Origin: Candidatus Falkowbacteria bacterium
GTDB lineage: Bacteria > Patescibacteriota > Patescibacteriia > Patescibacteriales > UBA12465
Assembly (NCBI GenBank): GCA_012800315.1
Contig: JAAZJO010000001.1
Location: 773-64,772 of the forward strand
Length of the DNA stretch: 64,000 nucleotides
Direction of reading: 5' to 3'
A program made the position numbers and the translations under genes. The notes under the pieces are model-generated. The model was not told the origin of the DNA and searched no databases. It worked only from the letters and a program-made list of their open reading frames with translations. This document shows positions 17,628-28,200 of this stretch, piece after piece; the stretch's first letter is position 1, and each line of letters starts with the position of its first letter.

Positions 17628-19199
17628 TTATTTATTTTCGGCAATTTGTTTTCTCTTAACCCCTAAAAGCCAAGGTTTTTTATCTAACCAGTCACCCAAA
17701 ATAACAACAAATAAAGTATGTGTGATAACAATAGCGCTAAACATAGAAACAGCCACACCGATAAATAAGGTTGTACCAAAGCCTTTGATCGTTGAGGTCC
17801 CAAAGAACATTAAAATTAAACAAGTAATAATAATCGCCACATTACCATCACGAATTGATGGCCAGGCGCGCTTAAAGCCATCTTCAACTGCTTGACTAAC
17901 TGTTTTGCCAAGTTTTAGTTCTTCGCGTGTACGAGAAAAAATTAAAATATTAGCATCAACTGCCACCCCGATAGAAAGAATGAAGCCAGCAATACCAGAT
18001 AAAGTTAAAGTAATTGCCTGCTGAGCATAAACAAATAAGAAGATACCAATAATTGAGAATAAAATCGCCAAGGCACCATTAAATAACTTTAATTCATTAA
18101 AGGTATAATAAATTAAACCAATCATGGTAATAACTAATATCAAAGAAAACCAAACCGGCAAAGGCTTAAAAATAGCTAAAATAGTAACACCATAAACTAA
18201 CAATGATAATACCGATAAAACACCGGGCAAACGATAAAAAAGAATCATGAAAATAGAAACTAATAACAAGCCCAATAAACCAGCCTGCATACTATCGCTA
18301 ATTGACTCATTGCCCAAACTAGCTTCTACTGTTTTTTGAGAAACTAGGGAAATTGGCACTGGCAAAGCTCCAGAATTTAAACGTTTAACCAATAATTTCG
18401 CTTCTTCAGCTGTGAATCTACCAGAAATACTAGCTGAGCCACCGGTAATTTTCTCATTAACTGTTGGTGTACTAATTGGATAACCATCCAAAAAAATGGC
18501 CACTGGTTTATTAATATTGCGGGCAGTAATCTCTTCAAATAACTTTGCTCCTTCATCATTAAATTCCAAAGAAACTTCCGGTGTACCGTCATTCGGATTA
18601 AATTGTAAAGAGGCTCGTTTTAAATATTTTCCTGTCAATTCCGTATTTTTCCACTCAGCCGCCATATTTTCAGCTAATTCAACTGACTCCTCATTAGCCT
18701 CATTAACCTCAATGGTCTCAATAGAGCCCATGTCAAGCTCCTTAAATTCAAGAATCGGGGTTTCGCCGATAAGTTGAATAGCCTCTTTAACATCTTTTAT
18801 ACCTGCTAATTCAGCAATTACCTGATATTCACCATTAATTCCTCGGTTAACCTGAACAATCGGCTCACTAACACCAAAACTGTTAACTCGGCGCTCAATC
18901 ACATCTCTAACTGATTCTAAGGCACCCGCTCTATCAGCTTCCGGGATATCCGTAACATCCGCCTTATAAACCAAATGAGTTCCGCCTTGCAAGTCTAGAC
19001 CTAGACTAAAAGGAATTTCCTTAACTAACGGCAAAACAACTATTTGATTAGTTTTTTCCGCTAAATTTTTAGCAAATTTATTGTAATAACTACCACCAGC
19101 CGCCAAAGCGACAGCAATAGCAAAAATAACAATAATTGCTAAAATCCATCTAGCTCTAATTCGGGCTGGTAATTTAGAAAATTTTTGCGTAAATGACAT
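17628..19199 (-). CDS. secD: Protein translocase subunit SecD
   Basis: LGLDLQGGTHLVY, periplasmic P1 domain, AGIAGFILSIGVAVDANILIFSRTREE. I prefer the start MSFTQKF.. at 19199; the track start at 19262 adds 21 low-complexity residues. Confidence 0.92.
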   Translation of the reverse strand: MSFTQKFSKLPARIRARWILAIIVIFAIAVALAAGGSYYNKFAKNLAEKTNQIVVLPLVKEIPFSLGLDLQGGTHLVYKADVTDIPEADRAGALESVRDVIERRVNSFGVSEPIVQVNRGINGEYQVIAELAGIKDVKEAIQLIGETPILEFKELDMGSIETIEVNEANEESVELAENMAAEWKNTELTGKYLKRASLQFNPNDGTPEVSLEFNDEGAKLFEEITARNINKPVAIFLDGYPISTPTVNEKITGGSASISGRFTAEEAKLLVKRLNSGALPVPISLVSQKTVEASLGNESISDSMQAGLLGLLLVSIFMILFYRLPGVLSVLSLLVYGVTILAIFKPLPVWFSLILVITMIGLIYYTFNELKLFNGALAILFSIIGIFLFVYAQQAITLTLSGIAGFILSIGVAVDANILIFSRTREELKLGKTVSQAVEDGFKRAWPSIRDGNVAIIITCLILMFFGTSTIKGFGTTLFIGVAVSMFSAIVITHTLFVVILGDWLDKKPWLLGVKRKQIAENK

Positions 19200-19271
19200 A
19201 ATGTTAAAATTTATATTAACTGTAGACTTTAGAATCTTAAAATAAATAAAAAGAAAAATCAAGTTTTAGTC

Positions 19272-19300
19272 TTTACAAAAAGGCTATTTTTATTTATAAT
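19272..19300 (+). promoter_or_regulatory. Sigma70-like promoter for clpP (TTTACA-17 nt-TATAAT)
   Basis: TTTACA at 19272-19277 and TATAAT at 19295-19300, 25 nt upstream of the preferred clpP ATG. Confidence 0.4.
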
Positions 19301-19325
19301 GGTTTTACTAATAATTTATAAAAAT

Positions 19326-19904
19326 ATGCCATTAATACCTACAGTAATTGAAAAAGAAGGTCAAATTGAAAGAGCTTATGATATTTATTCTCGTCTCTTA
19401 AAAGACCGGATCATCTTTTTAGGCGAGCCAATAGACAACCATACCGCCAATATTGTTATTGCCCAACTCTTATTTTTAGATGCTGAAGATCATACTAAGG
19501 ATATAAAATTCTATATCAACTCCCCTGGTGGCTCCGTCTCAGCCGGCTTGGCTATTTATGACACCATGCAATATATTAAGTCTCCAGTCTCAACCATTTG
19601 TATTGGCATGGCCGCCTCCATGGCCTCTGTTCTTTTAGCCGCGGGCGAAAAAGGAAAGAGATTCGCCCTGCCAAACAGTGAAGTATTAATTCACCAAGTA
19701 ATGGGTGGCGCCGAAGGACAAGCCTCCGATGTTAAAATTCACGCCGAACATATTTTAAAAACTAAAGATAAAATGAATAAAATTTTAGCTCTCCACACCG
19801 GTCAAAAAATTGCTACGATAGAAAATGATAGTGATCGTGACCACTATATGAGCGCCGAAGAAGCTAAAAACTATGGTATTATTGATAAAATTATAAAAAA
19901 ATAA
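19326..19904 (+). CDS. clpP: ATP-dependent Clp protease proteolytic subunit ClpP
   Basis: [31 protein letters not shown] start. Catalytic Ser in GMAASMAS, His in IHQ, Asp in DSDRDHYM. Start chosen at 19326. Confidence 0.95.
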   Translation: MPLIPTVIEKEGQIERAYDIYSRLLKDRIIFLGEPIDNHTANIVIAQLLFLDAEDHTKDIKFYINSPGGSVSAGLAIYDTMQYIKSPVSTICIGMAASMASVLLAAGEKGKRFALPNSEVLIHQVMGGAEGQASDVKIHAEHILKTKDKMNKILALHTGQKIATIENDSDRDHYMSAEEAKNYGIIDKIIKK

Positions 19905-19916
19905 ATATATAAAAAG

Positions 19917-19949
19917 TAAAAAACGGGGCTACAACACCCCGTTTTTTTA
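19917..19949. terminator. Rho-independent terminator between convergent clpP and the surface-protein cluster
   Basis: AAAAACGGGG-ctacaaca-CCCCGTTTTTTT: a GC-rich 6-bp stem flanked by an A-run and a T-run. Confidence 0.8.
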
Positions 19950-19968
19950 TTTTTAAATTGAAATAAAA

Positions 19969-21030
19969 CTAATTTATCTTCAAAGAGTTTATCATTAATT
20001 TATAAATATTCGGATAAGCTACCTGCCCATCAACCGGAGAAATAAAAGAAATTACATAAATATTTTTCTTAGCCTTATCTGTTAAATAAAAATTAAGATT
20101 ATCGCTACCCCAAACACCCTCCCAACTATCCGCTAATTTTAGCTTATCGTAAGTAAGAGCTTCGCTCGGAAACAAATCACTATACCAGCCCAGAATTCCT
20201 TGCTTATTAATATTTTCTTGAACAGAAATTTGAATAATAGAATTATCAGAAGCAGTAAAAACAACTAAATCATCATTATCTAAAATACTTAACTTCCAAG
20301 CTCGTGGATATAAAATTTTATAATTAAATGTTTGATTAAAATATTCTTCTAAATTCGCATTTAAATTTAATTTTTCTCCAGCTACCACTGGATCATAACC
20401 ATTATTAATTTCCACTAAATCAGCGTAGCCATTACTATTTGAGTCAATCATGCTTGGATTGGTCCCTAAAAGTTCCTCTTCATGATCATAAAGCCCATCA
20501 TTATCGGAATCAATTAATGGCTTTAAAGTTGCCGATTCATTAATTACCTCCTCTGTAATTTCTTCAAGAGTTGAGGAGGCGGAAGAGGTTGCTAAATCAA
20601 GAATCTCTGGCGTTATTGTTTCAATCACATTCACATCATCTATTAATGTTTCTTCTGATGCCTCTATTTCTTTATTAGCATTAATAATATCAATTATGCT
20701 CTCAGGATTTTGAGTTGCCTCCTCAATGACAGTAGTTGTGGGTTCAGCTGGTGCTGATGGCTTAATAATAAAAACATAACTAGCGTAAATTAGACCACCA
20801 ATCAGCAATAATCCCCCCAAAATAATTAATGCTCCTGCCATTTTAAAATTATGTTTTGGTTTTTCTAAACCCGAAAGAAGTTCGCCACCCGAAACTAATC
20901 GTGTATTAGTCGCTGGTCCAGCATTAAAATTTTGCGGGCTAGGCATATTATGTACTAAAAAATCCTGATTAACTTGCTCACTTATTTCTTCCTCCTTATT
21001 TAATTTTTCAACTTTGTTTTGACCAAACAT
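19969..21030 (-). CDS. Single-pass membrane protein: acidic linker, thrombospondin-type-3-like Ca-binding repeat, C-terminal globular domain
   Basis: TM AGALIILGGLLLIGGLIYASYVFII at about aa 65-88. DSDNDGLYDHEEELLGTNPSMIDSNSNGYADLVEINNGYDP follows the DxDxDGxxDxxE pattern. No enzymatic motif recognised. Confidence 0.6.
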   Translation of the reverse strand: MFGQNKVEKLNKEEEISEQVNQDFLVHNMPSPQNFNAGPATNTRLVSGGELLSGLEKPKHNFKMAGALIILGGLLLIGGLIYASYVFIIKPSAPAEPTTTVIEEATQNPESIIDIINANKEIEASEETLIDDVNVIETITPEILDLATSSASSTLEEITEEVINESATLKPLIDSDNDGLYDHEEELLGTNPSMIDSNSNGYADLVEINNGYDPVVAGEKLNLNANLEEYFNQTFNYKILYPRAWKLSILDNDDLVVFTASDNSIIQISVQENINKQGILGWYSDLFPSEALTYDKLKLADSWEGVWGSDNLNFYLTDKAKKNIYVISFISPVDGQVAYPNIYKLMINSLKIN

Positions 21031-21033
21031 AAT

Positions 21034-21234
21034 TTATTGAGTAGAGAAATAAAGCCAAACAGAAAAAGCGGCAAAAACTACTAAAATTATCAAACCCAAA
21101 ACTAGCCACTTTTTCCAGTGGCCAGTAACAGTCTGGGGCATAATATGAAGATTAAGGGAAAGATTACGACGTTTATCATGTTCACTAGAAACCTCAGACC
21201 GCGGCCGTTTTTTTTGCTCAAAATTATTTAACAT
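21034..21234 (-). CDS. Small C-terminally anchored membrane protein (hypothetical)
   Basis: 66 aa with a basic N-terminus and the TM WLVLGLIILVVFAAFSVWLYF. The 3-nt gap to the downstream gene suggests translational coupling. Confidence 0.45.
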   Translation of the reverse strand: MLNNFEQKKRPRSEVSSEHDKRRNLSLNLHIMPQTVTGHWKKWLVLGLIILVVFAAFSVWLYFSTQ

Positions 21235-21266
21235 AATAACCTTATAATCCTAGGGTTATCTTATTA

Positions 21267-22034
21267 CTAGTTATCTGAAAGTTTAGCACCGACTCTATTA
21301 GGATCATAACCATTTTTTACTTCTTCTCCATCAAGATAGCCATCGCCATCGGTATCAGCGCTTAAAGGATTAGTTTTATAAATCTTTACTTCCTCATAAT
21401 CACTTAAACCATCACCATCGGTGTCAATTACATTAATGTTTGTCCCTAAAAGTATTTCTTCTTCATCAGTTAGGCCATCACCATCAGAATCAATCATAGA
21501 AACCGGTTCAGTAATTTCTGGTAACGGAATAACAGCTTCCCCTTCTAACGGACTATCTATTTCTGAGGACATCTCTATGTCCGAAAGATCTGTCTCAGAT
21601 GAGGTAGCTTCTTCGCCTGGGATAACTACCGGCGAAACTGGAGTAGCTTCAACACCTGGAAGAGAATCAACAAAATCACTATCAGCTGATTTTGGTGCTT
21701 GATTTTCTAATGGTGATTCAACTTTCCCAGAATTAACAGGAACAATTTCTGCATTATTATTCAAATTCCCTTTAAATACTTTAGCATAAACTAAGTAAGC
21801 TCCGCCTAAAATCGCTAACGACAAAGTAATAATAATAATTAACTTTAAATAATTACGCTTCTCTGGCGCTTGATCATCGGCTAATTCTAAAGTTTCCCCG
21901 GAAGAAGCTAAACCAACATTGCGCACCTCAATCTCTGGCTGTAAACCGCTAGCTGCTGGTTTATCTGTCTCCGCAAAAATATCATCAACCTCCTGTTTGT
22001 GGGGGTTTGTTTGATTAGTAAGATTATTAAACAT
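21267..22034 (-). CDS. Single-pass membrane protein with three thrombospondin-type-3-like Ca-binding repeats
   Basis: TM LKLIIIITLSLAILGGAYLVYA. C-terminal DSDGDGLTDEEEILLGTN..DTDGDGLSDYEEVKIYKTNPLSADTDGDGYLDGEEVKNGYDP. Same architecture as the 19969-21030 product. Confidence 0.6.
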   Translation of the reverse strand: MFNNLTNQTNPHKQEVDDIFAETDKPAASGLQPEIEVRNVGLASSGETLELADDQAPEKRNYLKLIIIITLSLAILGGAYLVYAKVFKGNLNNNAEIVPVNSGKVESPLENQAPKSADSDFVDSLPGVEATPVSPVVIPGEEATSSETDLSDIEMSSEIDSPLEGEAVIPLPEITEPVSMIDSDGDGLTDEEEILLGTNINVIDTDGDGLSDYEEVKIYKTNPLSADTDGDGYLDGEEVKNGYDPNRVGAKLSDN

Positions 22035-22085
22035 ATTATCTTTATTAAAATTGATTAATTACTTAAATTATAACGAATATTCTAA

Positions 22086-22412
22086 TTATTGGCTAGTTTC
22101 TTCTAGGTTTTGGGGAATTAATGGCTCAACTTTTGCCGGATTAACAATATCTGATTCGTCTCTAATAATTTTATAAACTGTAACTTCACCGCTCTCATCA
22201 CGACTCATTACTTGTATTTGTGTCTCTGCTGGGATGCCCATTTCTTGTTTTTCTGTAGTACTTAACATTTCTGGAATAAAGTCGGTCGCGTATTCTAATT
22301 CGCCATTCTTTTTTGCTTTATTTTTATCAGGCAAAAAAATAATCGCTAAAATAATTAACAACAAAATAATACTAAGAGAAACAATAATGGTGGTCGTTTT
22401 TTTCTTATTCAT
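22086..22412 (-). CDS. Small N-terminally anchored membrane protein (hypothetical)
   Basis: 108 aa with the TM TTIIVSLSIILLLIILAIIFL followed by an acidic ectodomain. Confidence 0.45.
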   Translation of the reverse strand: MNKKKTTTIIVSLSIILLLIILAIIFLPDKNKAKKNGELEYATDFIPEMLSTTEKQEMGIPAETQIQVMSRDESGEVTVYKIIRDESDIVNPAKVEPLIPQNLEETSQ

Positions 22413-22451
22413 AAAAACAATTAAATCAACTAAATTAATAATTAAAAATTG

Positions 22452-25256
22452 TTATTTCCAATACCAGCAACGGTATTCAGCGGCAGCCTTATTAACTGCA
22501 ACCCCCCACTGTTTTTTATTGGCAATATTTTGAAAAATTTTACAACTCGTACCCTTAACCGGGGTAGTTAAATTACTACCACAAAAAGGTTGTAGTCCAT
22601 ATAAATATGAACCATAGCCCTCAATGGTTGAGGGAGCTTCATCCGCCTTATCACAATCTTTTGCTTTATAGCAAGAAACTAATTCACAGCAAATATATTC
22701 TTCTTGAGTTATGGCGGAAAAATTACCTCCTTCCATGTTGGCTGGCGCAAAGGTGTTTGTTTCTGAAGCGATTGTTGGTGATTCTTCAAAACCAGTACAA
22801 TCATTTTTACATATTATTGTGGTAGTAGCGGTAGCCGGACAATGCGAAGGATTTCCTTCAAGAGCGGCCTCTACTTGATAAACTATTCCCGGATCACAGG
22901 CTTCGCCACTATTAATCTCCCCGTTGCCACATAAACAATCTGCGGGGCAAGTAGTATAATTCTCTCCATAATTACAAACTCCGTCGCCACAATGACAATC
23001 CGCTGGACAATTCTGATTATTTTCTATTCCCTCATCACAAACTCCATCGCCACAACAACTACCCACACAATCTACCGGACAATTACATTTATTTTCCATC
23101 ATTTTGCCATTAATTTTTCTTTGACAATAGCCATCACCACAATAGCCGCCACCCTCAATCGGAGACTTAAAAACACAATACTTATTATCAGCTAAAATAG
23201 GATACGGAGCAGGATTATTTAAACCATTAGTACACCCATATTGCATAAGTAAACTACTACTAGCAACTGAAGGAGCTATTCCATCCTCCCCATCGCAACT
23301 TTCATAACCATAATTATGGACTCCGCCCCGCCCCTCGGTATTTGGCCATTGCTTAATACCATCACCACAATAATTATTTACTTTTAATGGAAAAGAAATA
23401 GTACTAAAAGCTGAGTAGGCGCCCGTTACTTTTATATTAACCTGACCAGTATAAAGAGCAGTTGGGCTACCACTTAAATATACTTGAGAAGAAGAGGCTA
23501 ATATTGATAATCCTGATGGCAAACCATCTATCTGGGAATATGATAAAGTTTGATTATTTTTATTTATTGGACCCAGTAAACAAGAATAAGGATTAGAAAT
23601 ACGCGCGCTTTCTGGACAATTAAAATTAATTTCTGGAGAAGTCGGTTTTTTTAAAGTTATCTTAATGTCTTTAGTAACCACTTCCGCATTATAATTATTT
23701 CTAGCTGTTATTTTAAAACTATTAATAACGTCAGAAGAAAAAGAAATATTAGAGCTTAGGGGAATTTGATACACAATCTTATATCTATTTTCCCCGGCCA
23801 AAGAAATAACCGGTGTTATGCTGGCAAAATTAAAAACATTATCAGACCCAATTTCTTCTATTGAAAAAAAGTTAATTATATTAGCCGCCGTATAAGTACT
23901 ATCTGATAAATAAAAACTATATAATACTTCATTGTCACCAGTATTTAAATCAAAAACCGCATCCTCTGCCTCAATAAAAGGCTTCGGGCTAATAATCGTA
24001 ATTTTAGTTGTAGTACTCGCAACTCCGCCTTGTCCATCCTCTACTGTCAGCCTTATATTTCTTTCTCCAGGACTCCCAGCCCGAGCAGCATAAATCTTTT
24101 TAACATTCGGCATATTAGTATCTAACAAAACTGGAGCAGCACTCCAACCATCCCCCCTCCAATCAAAATCAGTCTCTAAACTCCAAGTTAAAGGATTATT
24201 TTCCGCATCAATAGCCTTAACCGAACCATTGAACTCTTTGCCTGGTTCACCAACTAAATATAGATCCACTATTTGAGGAGCTGTATTAATAATTCCCCCC
24301 TCAGAAGAAGCACCTATATTTTTAACACAATCTGAAATAGCAGCAATCTCAGGCACAAAACTATAACCACTCTCTCTTGTTTCTAAAACTGAACATAATT
24401 GATAACTAGAACCTTCGGAATCTGTTTTATACACAAAACCATAACTACCCGCCGGTAACTCTAATTTATTAATTAAATCAACATTAGTGCTAAATTTATT
24501 TGTGTCTTTATTCCAGCAAGTAACTGGATCAAAGCCAGGACAATCACCTAAGCGATTAATCGGATCTTTCAGATTTTTCAAATTTAAAGTTGGAAGAAAC
24601 TTATCGTTCCAGCTAGGCCAAACGGAAACAGAAATATGTGGTACATAAGTTCCTGATTCTAGTTTTGGATAAAAACCGTTTAAGGTTTTATATATATTCA
24701 ATGAGGAATTTAAGTTAGTAACCATGGCTGCTCTCTTTAAATCACGGATAGCCTTGGCTTTAAGACTATCGCAGAAGAAATTGTTTGAACAATCACTATC
24801 AAGCACACATTGTTGATCAACTGGACAATCAGTCTCCCCACTTGAGCAAGAGTTTAAAGAAATAGAGCAAGTGCCAACCTCTTCCATGTTTGTGTTAAAC
24901 TTCCACTTCTTAATAATTTGTCCCAGAATATCTACTGTTTTATCAGAAGAACTTTGGTTATATGATATTAGATAAATGTTAGTATAAAGATTTTTATTAC
25001 TGCTATTAATTGCATTAACATAAACCGTGCGACCATCCCGAATCGCCTCATAGCCATCAATAATTAAGGCTTGCGGAGAGCCGGTAAATCCTTGTTTTTC
25101 ATACCATTCATTTATTCCATAGTGTTCTGGATTAGAAAAAATACGAACAGCGATAGCATCGCTTTCGTTTTGGGCTTGAACATATTTTTCCCAGCCCAAA
25201 AAACCTGAGACAAAAACTAGAACAAAGACTAAAAGAATAAATTTATTTCTTTTCAT
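22452..25256 (-). CDS. 934-aa secreted Cys-rich repeat protein
   Basis: Signal peptide MKRNKFILLVFVLVFVSGFLGWEKYVQAQ. Ig-like middle region. C-terminal tandem CGDG(x)C....C(P)xDC modules (CGDGYCQRK..CNCPVDC, CGDGVCDEGIENNQNCPADC, CGDGVCNYGENYTTCPADC) and a CGNGEINSGEACD unit resembling the Myxococcus-type Cys-rich repeat. Confidence 0.7.
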   Translation of the reverse strand: MKRNKFILLVFVLVFVSGFLGWEKYVQAQNESDAIAVRIFSNPEHYGINEWYEKQGFTGSPQALIIDGYEAIRDGRTVYVNAINSSNKNLYTNIYLISYNQSSSDKTVDILGQIIKKWKFNTNMEEVGTCSISLNSCSSGETDCPVDQQCVLDSDCSNNFFCDSLKAKAIRDLKRAAMVTNLNSSLNIYKTLNGFYPKLESGTYVPHISVSVWPSWNDKFLPTLNLKNLKDPINRLGDCPGFDPVTCWNKDTNKFSTNVDLINKLELPAGSYGFVYKTDSEGSSYQLCSVLETRESGYSFVPEIAAISDCVKNIGASSEGGIINTAPQIVDLYLVGEPGKEFNGSVKAIDAENNPLTWSLETDFDWRGDGWSAAPVLLDTNMPNVKKIYAARAGSPGERNIRLTVEDGQGGVASTTTKITIISPKPFIEAEDAVFDLNTGDNEVLYSFYLSDSTYTAANIINFFSIEEIGSDNVFNFASITPVISLAGENRYKIVYQIPLSSNISFSSDVINSFKITARNNYNAEVVTKDIKITLKKPTSPEINFNCPESARISNPYSCLLGPINKNNQTLSYSQIDGLPSGLSILASSSQVYLSGSPTALYTGQVNIKVTGAYSAFSTISFPLKVNNYCGDGIKQWPNTEGRGGVHNYGYESCDGEDGIAPSVASSSLLMQYGCTNGLNNPAPYPILADNKYCVFKSPIEGGGYCGDGYCQRKINGKMMENKCNCPVDCVGSCCGDGVCDEGIENNQNCPADCHCGDGVCNYGENYTTCPADCLCGNGEINSGEACDPGIVYQVEAALEGNPSHCPATATTTIICKNDCTGFEESPTIASETNTFAPANMEGGNFSAITQEEYICCELVSCYKAKDCDKADEAPSTIEGYGSYLYGLQPFCGSNLTTPVKGTSCKIFQNIANKKQWGVAVNKAAAEYRCWYWK

Positions 25257-25259
25257 ATA

Positions 25260-28200
25260 TTAATTAAGAATATAACAATTATTTGTCCAACTTCCGGTAT
25301 AATATTCACATTTAGCCGGATTAACAAACCCCCTATTAAAATTACAACCAGAAACGGAGCAATACGGATGACCAGCAGCTAAAGCGATTTTTCCTACAAA
25401 AGCTCCGGGAGAAGTTAACTTCTCATTTTCATCACAAACTGGCAAATAAGGATTCTTTGATTCAATGTCCATCTCAACCAGACAATCAGTACCTAAAGGA
25501 GTCTCTAATTTACTAGTCGCTCTTCGCCAAACAAGAACATCACTCCTCCTCTCCCCATTTTCTTCAGCATTAAAATAATACTCTTTCTCCACTTTATCGC
25601 TCTCATTTCCAAAGCTATCAATCGCTGAAATAGCAAAATAATTAGCTCCTTGAGGAAATTTATTTAAAGGAAATGATAAGTTATTTTCCGTACCAATTGA
25701 ATCAAAGGTTTCCGCATATTTTCCAGAACTTATGCCATGATATAAGCGATAAAAAGCGGTATCATCATTATTCGCTTGCCAAGAAAAATTAAACATTGAA
25801 TTCTTAATAATGACATCAAGCCCGGTTGGTGTAGCTGGTGCTTTTTTATCAGTCGGAGTAGCCATCACTTCATTAGATAAAGCACTCTCTGTTTTATTAG
25901 TCGCAACAATCGTTAACTTAAAAATATATTGCTGATTATTAGTTAGCCCATCAATCTTATAAGTACACTTATAAACTGAACCTTCTTTAGAGCAAATTCC
26001 TTCGGGTTTTATTTTTTTACTCATCATTAAACCACGACCAGAGCGCAAATAATAAATCTTGTAAGAATCTACCTGATCAACAGAAGATTCCCACTTAACT
26101 TCTACCTCTCCCCCATTTTTCATATCTCTGACTTCAACAATATTACCACTCGGCAAAATTGTTTCTCGGAAAAAATATGTTTCTTTTAATAAATTAGAGA
26201 AACTTCCTTTTTTAGAAATCGGATTATTAGAAATTGCTGGTAAATCATCAAAGGTTTCGGCGGTGCCAGCATCACGACAATAATAAAATTTATAATTATA
26301 ACTTGAATAATCATCTCCCTGTCCCTTATCTAACCAAGGAGACCATGTCCCATCAGAATTAACTGCTGGCCATGGATTCTGACAAAGGAAAATATAAAGA
26401 TCGCTAGTATTATAATAACCATTACCAGTCTTAATCTTATTACAACCACTGCCACTGGCAGAGCAATCATTAGAAAGATATTTAGACATATCAATCGTTG
26501 CTTTCAGCTTAGCTTCAACATCCGTTGCACCTGCTTTCGCAGAAACTAAAAGGCTATTTTGCGATAAAGGAGCAGAGGTCGCAAAAGCCTGATCATTATT
26601 AATTGACCAAGTCCAATCCCAAGAATAACCCTCTACAGGATTTAATAATTTACCATCAACACTATAAGCACCAGCACTAAACAATTTATCTCTATCAGCA
26701 ACTGTATCAAAAGTGGGGTTTAAAATATCACTATCATTTTCATTAAGATCATTACTAGTTGTCTTAAATAAATATGATGCTGGCCTAATCTTGACATTAT
26801 CTATTGCGCAAATTCCAGCGTTCACTCCTTGGCTCGGAAGAGTGACAAATTTAAAACTATAAGAATTTTGATAAGAAGTTTTATTAAAAGTTACTGGCTT
26901 GTTATTCATCTCTCCATCTTTAAATCCTGATCCCTTCATGCCCACACCAGAATAACTTAAAACCCCCGTCCGACTATCAAGATTTTCATCCCCTTTTACT
27001 ACCACATAAAAATTAGCAGCTGGAGAAAGTAGGTTTTTCGGGCTAAAAATTAACTCAGTTTGCGATCCATTTTGCACAGCGCTAACACTACCAGGTACCC
27101 GACAATATAATTTATCAGCTGAAGGAGCTTCAGCCAAAGCGCGTTTATTAGAATTATTAAAGACACGACTAATTTTTGAATTTATTTTTTTCCAAATATG
27201 AACAAAAATATTCTTTGTCTGTGAATTAATTAAATCTTCAGTGGTAATATTTTCTGCTAAAAAAGTCCCGGCTGGACAAAGCTTTTTGCCATATTCTAAT
27301 TCTTCATACAATAAAAAATTATCACTAAAACTGGAAACGTTCATCGGCTGATTAAAAACAATTCTAATTGTAGCATTGCGACAAACATTTGTTTCCGAGG
27401 CAATCGGCGAAGTTTCAATAATGCTTGGTCGGGCCTCGCAACAAGTACTAGAATTACAGCCAATCGTGGCGATTGAACCACAATCACTGTCCTGAGAGCA
27501 ACCACAACATAATCCCCGATTAGCTCCCGAGCAATTTCCGACATTAGCTAAACAATGTAAATTGGGAGTTGTCTCACTAACACAAGGATCAATTTCTGCT
27601 TCTGGATTACAGCAACAAGCCCCACAATCAGATCCTTCTCCACCAGCACCAGTCTCCTGCAAACAAGCAAAACCATTGGTGCCACACGCGTTGAAATCAC
27701 AACGATCCTTTGTTTGACTATCGCTACAATCTAAGCCAGCCCCAACTGATGGATTGCCGCATTTATCATTACATTCCTCTATACTAGAAAATTTAGGCGT
27801 GGTGGTTGGTGTTGTTTCGCAAGCTAAAGGATTATCTGCCGCTGACTGGCAAGCATAATAAGCACAATAACCCTTATTTTCTCCTGTTTCTATTTTGTTA
27901 CCACTCTTACACTTAGAGGTAGTTTTATCATAACAGCAATTTGCCTCATTTGAACATTTTTCCTGATCATTATCAAAAAAGCGACAATAATCACTGCCCA
28001 CTCCTGCCTGACAACCACTAAGGCAAGAATCTATTTTTTTAAAATAACCTATTTTAACTGGAGTGGTAGAAGCACAAACATAAGGATCATTTAGTGAACA
28101 TCCATAATAGGAGCAATATCCATAATTAGCACTATTTTTATCATCACTAATAACCGTTGAATCTTTAATCCCTCGGCAATAATCATCATCAGGTGTGCTT

